Part shown: piece by piece, positions 59,186-64,000 of the stretch
How the letters are laid out: each line of letters begins with the position of its first letter
How positions within the stretch are numbered: the stretch's first letter is position 1
NCBI GenBank assembly: GCA_010909165.1
Contig: VJWM01000205.1
Coordinates: 124,001 to 188,000, forward strand
DNA from: Anthoceros angustus
Lineage: Eukaryota; Plantae; Anthocerotophyta
DNA length: 64,000 nt
Direction: 5' to 3'
Notes under the pieces: model-generated
The model's database searches: none
What the model was told of the DNA's origin: nothing
Seen by the model: only the letters and a program-made list of their open reading frames with translations
Program-made: the position numbers and the translations under genes

Positions 59186-61566
59186 ATGGCAACAATGGAC
59201 GTGACATTGGCTGTGGAGATCGGAGTGGCACTTGTGGTGCTGGCTGTGGCATGGCCCATGTGGAGGTCTTGGGAGCGAAGGGGGAAATGGGCGCCCAAGG
59301 GGTCGAAGCAGCTGCCGGGGACCATGGGCTTCCCGCTACTGGGCGAGACGATGGAGGTGCTGGGCCACTTCAAGACCGGGAATGTGGAGGAATTCGGGAT
59401 GAAGCGCTTCCGCAAGTATGGCAATGTGTTCAAGTCGCACGTGTTCGGGACTCCCTACGTGTTCTTCAGGGGCGCCGAGGCAGCCAAGCTGCTGAGCACA
59501 AGTGAGGACAAGCTGGTGCAGGCGCACCAGTTCCTCCCCCCCAGGAAACTGCTGGGAGAGGAAGCGCTGCTCAATGTGCACGGCGCCAAGCACAAGCGTT
59601 ACCGCAAAATGTTCAACGAAACCTTCATGGGCGAGAGCATGAGGAAGTATCTGCCGGTGGTGGAAGAACTCGCTCTGGAGACGCTCGGGACCTGGAAAGT
59701 GGGTGATATTCCCGTCGTCCGGGACGAGGCCACCAGGGTGCGTGCAAGACATGTCTGTTGGTCGGAATTGTCTTTCCGTTTGTCACAATTTGTTAGCGAG
59801 TTCAGCTGGCTGCGAATCGCAATGCTAGCCTGACAGCTTGTGATTCTAAGGGGCAGAATTTTGCTCATGGTGCGCAGTTCACGTATCATGTGATCGTGGG
59901 AGTGGTGCTGAGCTGGGGCCCTGGTCCGGTGCGCGAGAGGAGCTTGGAGCTCACTCGAATCCTGGGAACTAACTTGTTCAGGGTGCCCATCAACCTTCCT
60001 GGATTCGCCTATCACAAGGCCATGCAGGTGTGAATTCGAATGCCAGTTTGGAGCACTGAAGGCCTGTACATTTTCTCTTGCAATGGTTTGCAGTAAATGT
60101 AGCGGTGGATTGGCAATTGATGAATTGGGCCCGCGTGCAGGCAAGAAAGGAGCTGGCTAAGATGTTCGACACCGAGTTCGCGCTGAGAAGGAGTGGGAAA
60201 ATTGTTCGCAATGACCTGCTGACCGACATGATGAACGCAGTCGACCCGGATTCCTCCAGCAACACGCCTGCCTTGGGCGACGGGGAGCTGAGAGACAACT
60301 TGTTCACTATGATCATTGCTGGCCATGAGACATCCACCAACACACTCACCTGGCTTGCCAAGCTGCTCCATGAGAATCCCAGCGTCAAAGAGAAGCTGCT
60401 TGTGAGTGCATCCTAATCCGTGATGTACATCATTAATTTTGCTGTTATGCAACAGCCGTTGGAAGATGGCCTCTGAGAGCACATTGGCACGTTACTCCTG
60501 CTGGAGAATGGATCCAGTTTGAACAGGAATCCCTATCAACGTCTCCCTCTGAGCTGTCTGTCGTTTGTTTGGATGTACGTAGGCTGAGAATTTGGCAATC
60601 AGAAGGAGCAAGCAGGTTGGAGAGTCTCTGACATGGGCGGACCTCGGACAGCCAATGACCTACACCATGAAAGTGAGGCACATTTTTTTGACATTCCCCA
60701 ACCTATTAAGCATGCTGCTTACTGGAAGGCCCGTGCAAAGAACTAAAACCATTGGATGTCGCATTTGTGCAGGTTATCAATGAGGCCCTGAGGGTGTCTT
60801 CTCTCACATTTTGGTGGCATCGACAAGTCAAGGAGGACTTCACCTTCAACGGTATGGTGCCAACCAACCAAAATTTTCTTTGCTCCTAAAAGGGAGTCGT
60901 GGTACCTATCACTTTCCACTGTCAACATGCATAGATCGGTTGAAATTGCTTCAAATGCCAGATGTCATGAATCCCTCAGTGCTTCCACCATATCACGTGA
61001 CATGTGCGTCACTTGTTGCATCTACTGCAGGATACCACATTCCTAAAGGGTGGAATCTTGTGCACGACACTCACAACTTGCACCATAGTCCAGAAATCTT
61101 TGAGGACCCAGAGAAGTTCAATCCCTCTCGCTTCGATGTGAGCCACCTCAATGACATGCATTCCGACGTATATTTTGACATGTCAACATACACAACAACA
61201 GTTCATTTCGAGTGTTCGATTTGAACTGTTTGAGTTTCGTGGTGCTAACAGGTGCTCCCAAAGCCTTTCACGCTGCTGCCATTTGGAAGTGGACAAAGGA
61301 TGTGCCTTGGCAAGGACCTGGCTCTGATGGAGATCAAAGTGATGTTGCATCACATGATGCTCAAGTTCAGGTGCGCTCAATTGCAAGAAACTACCCTGTC
61401 AATCTGACTCCTATATGCATGAATGTCTGGCTGACCGAAAGGATGATGTCCTGTTTCTGAAAGCAGGTGGACAGTCGCGGAGCCAGACAGTGGGCGAGAC
61501 TTCTCAGGACTGCCCTGCCCCGAGAACGGAGTTCCCATCAGAATTGAGGCTATTCAGGAATACTAG
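59186..61566 (+). CDS. Cytochrome P450, CYP85-clan-like, 8 exons, intact
   Basis: Membrane anchor, LPGTMGFPLLGET, AGHETS (I helix), EALR, FNPSRF and PFGSGQRMCLG (heme ligand). All introns are GT-AG and restore the frame. Confidence 0.95.
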
Positions 61567-62000
61567 TCTTGGAATGAGTTCCTGCATCTGTGCAGTTTAT
61601 ACCAGCAGGGGACCAGCAAGAACTCAAGTAGCTCACAAGAATGCCTGCAATCTATGTGCTTTAGTTTCCGGACAGTATTGGTTTAAGCTGCACCGAAACA
61701 GTTGAAGTTTCTGTATACAACAGCAGTGACACTTAGGATCTCCATGATATCATGTGACTCTAGTGCTACAGAATTGCTCGTTGCAGCTTTCATAACATTC
61801 GAAATGCGTACCATTTTTCTGTGACTAATCCACACACTTTTGTCCTGCCAAGCTTCTGGACTAAACACATACAAATTTCGTGAACATCACAAAACAATTT
61901 ATTTTAAAATATGACTCCTTGACAGTACGGTAGTCAGTCGGAAACTTGGAGTAGGAGATATTTCAAGGAAAGCCCGAACAGTGTGTCCTGCCGAAGGCTC

Positions 62001-64000
62001 TCAATAGAAAGTGGTAGAGTTACGGGACACCACGATGGGCGAGGTGACGAAGTGGCCAGCATAGTCTGCCCAAGTGAGGGAGCCAAAGACAGACGAGATG
62101 GGAGACTGGGACACGGGAGCCGTCACGGTGACCACAAACGACAGCTCCTGGTTCTGCTTGGTGAAGGAGAGTGTGGTGGGCGACACCACGACGGTAGTGC
62201 CGTCAGGAACCACCAGCGAGCTCAGCCTGTAAACGGAACCGGGGGGCCCCACGTTGGTCACACGCCTGGTCACCGACACCTTGCCGGTGGCGGTGTCCTT
62301 GCCCACCGGGAACATGACGGTGACGGACGGGTAGTTGAGGTCCCCGGGTTGCGGCACCAGCTCTGCCGAGGGGCAGGCGAATCGCCCCCCCGTCACCAGC
62401 TCCACCTCGGTTGAATTGTAGCCGACGCTGCAGAGGAAGAGCGCGTAGTCCTCCTCCCCGCTGTCGTAAACCAGCCCCGGATCTGCCGCCGCGTTGGGGT
62501 TGATCTGGCCCGACCCGTAGGCGAAGGCGTCTTCGCTGCCGGTGTCCAAGCTCCTGTCCAGCGGCGTGGCTGCGCAGCGTTGGCAACAGCGTCAGAAACA
62601 TTGGCTCGCACACATCAAACTAAGTTTAGGGTTTAGGAGAGGAGTCGTGAATTGTGAATTGGGAATCGTGAATTTTGAGTAGTGATGCAAGGAAGGAAGC
62701 TTGCCCGTGGTGATGAGCGCGGACTTGATGGCCGCCACGCTCCAGGTCGGATGGAGGGCCAACACCAGCGCTGCAGCTCCCGCGGCGTGGGGGCACGCCA
62801 TGGAGGTTCCCGAGACGATATTGAAGTCGGAGAACACTGCATCGTAGGATCCGATGCCGTATTGGATGGGCACCTGTGGCGTCCAGGCTGCCAGGATGTC
62901 CACTCCTGGTGCCGTTATGTCCGGCTGCCAAATCCATCATTACATCAGCAGAAGGCAGGAGCTGCTGCTCATCAAGGCTGCTACTTGAGGATGCCATCCA
63001 TGGCCAGTTGCCTTGAACATGCAACATGCGCGATTGAGCGTACTCACCTTAAGGACTTGAGGTGTGCCGAAGGAAGGACCGCGGGAAGAGAACCCTGCAA
63101 CCTGAGGCGCAGGCCTGTAGCTATCTTCGGTCGTCTTCAGGATCACCGCCGTCGGGTTTCTGCATGTGCAAGGTGTGCATGGGGGGGCAATGAGGTGCAC
63201 GTCGAGAAACTACTCCAAGGAAGAACTGGACGAAAATACTCTACCCGGTGGAATTGATGTAGGAGGAGATGAGCCGAGCTTCGTCGCTGGTCACACAACT
63301 TGCGGGATACGGGAAAGAAATTGCGACTCCCTCAGCAACATCAAGGGAAGTGTCTCCAAGGATCACTCCTGCAGCACCACCAAGAGCCACAACATCGAGA
63401 CTGTACCAAGAGAAGTTGGGGCAGAAGACAATTTTGTCCTTCACTTTCTCAGGGTCAAGACTCCCATACGCGCAGGTTCTGCCATTCATGATCCACCACA
63501 CAACGTGTATATCGTGTGAGGGCTTTGTGATGGAACGTTTGAAATCTTGCAACCGAGAGCAACAGGTTCTCGATCAATATCGCATGTACCGTGAAACTTC
63601 GACGTTCACATCGTCGAAACCGGCGCTTCTTCCACTCACTAGCGGGTATGACATTTTGTTCGGATTGACGACGTTGATGCTGACGCCCTGCAGACACATT
63701 CACAAATCAAAGATCACGAGCCGCTGATACTCGCTCAGATTTGCCTGCAGCTAGAGCAGATGAGGTTTTAAGATTGACAGATAGACCACCTTCACCACGG
63801 AGCCATCTCCAAGATGGACTGCGGTAACAAAGTCTCGCTTGATGGTGCTGGCAGCAACAGTGAGGAGCCAAGGCGCGGTGTTCGACGCCGATACAGGGTA
63901 GGGGCCGGCATTTCCAGCAGAAGTGGACACCAAAATGTTTCTGGTTAGGGCATGGAAAGATCCGATCGCGATTGAGTCCGTCAAGAAGTTTTTGTATGGG
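62001..64000 (-). CDS. SBT: Subtilisin-like serine protease (S8), C-terminal half; the gene runs beyond the window
   Basis: [49 protein letters not shown]. Confidence 0.93.

Noticed and set aside
62620-62640. TTTAGGG telomere-like motif (also AAACCCTAA at about 56843)
   Set aside because: Only one or two units; not an interstitial telomeric array.

Overview
Eukaryotic nuclear DNA from a land plant with a compact genome and short GT-AG introns. Several clues suggest a non-seed plant, most likely a hornwort (inference): a PLS-class PPR with a PGxSWWTD box and 37-aa L motifs, a piggyBac relic, and a plant-type U2 snRNA. Layout: (1) 1-3.5 kb is the end of a repeat-rich LTR-like element. (2) 5-22.6 kb is a dense block of housekeeping genes: GDPD, two convergent RCI2/PMP3 genes, a DUF1997-like gene, cytosolic LeuRS, a zf-DNL chaperone, an SLC35F/EamA transporter and a subtilase. 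(3) 25.5-45.4 kb is a nested transposon pile that can be rebuilt from target-site duplications (TSDs). A decayed piggyBac transposase is split by a 16-kb Copia-type element with non-canonical TA...TA LTRs (TSD TGCCC). That element holds inverted Copia pieces, a TRIM-like element (TSD CCTTG) carrying a membrane-protein ORF, and a 5.2-kb TGTGG...CCACA unit. (4) 46-64 kb holds an intronless 640-aa gene, a WW-type PPR lacking its deaminase, a CYP pseudogene, an AT-rich island with a SAUR-like ORF, U2 snRNA, a tRNA-Leu relic, an intact CYP85-clan P450 and a second subtilase. The best candidate for an undescribed system is the 640-aa gene. It joins eight WG/GW Argonaute-hook-like motifs, a KH domain and a possible triphosphate-tunnel-like domain, and may be an RNA-silencing effector. 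Some tandem duplications are rich in single-base indels and may partly be long-read assembly errors.
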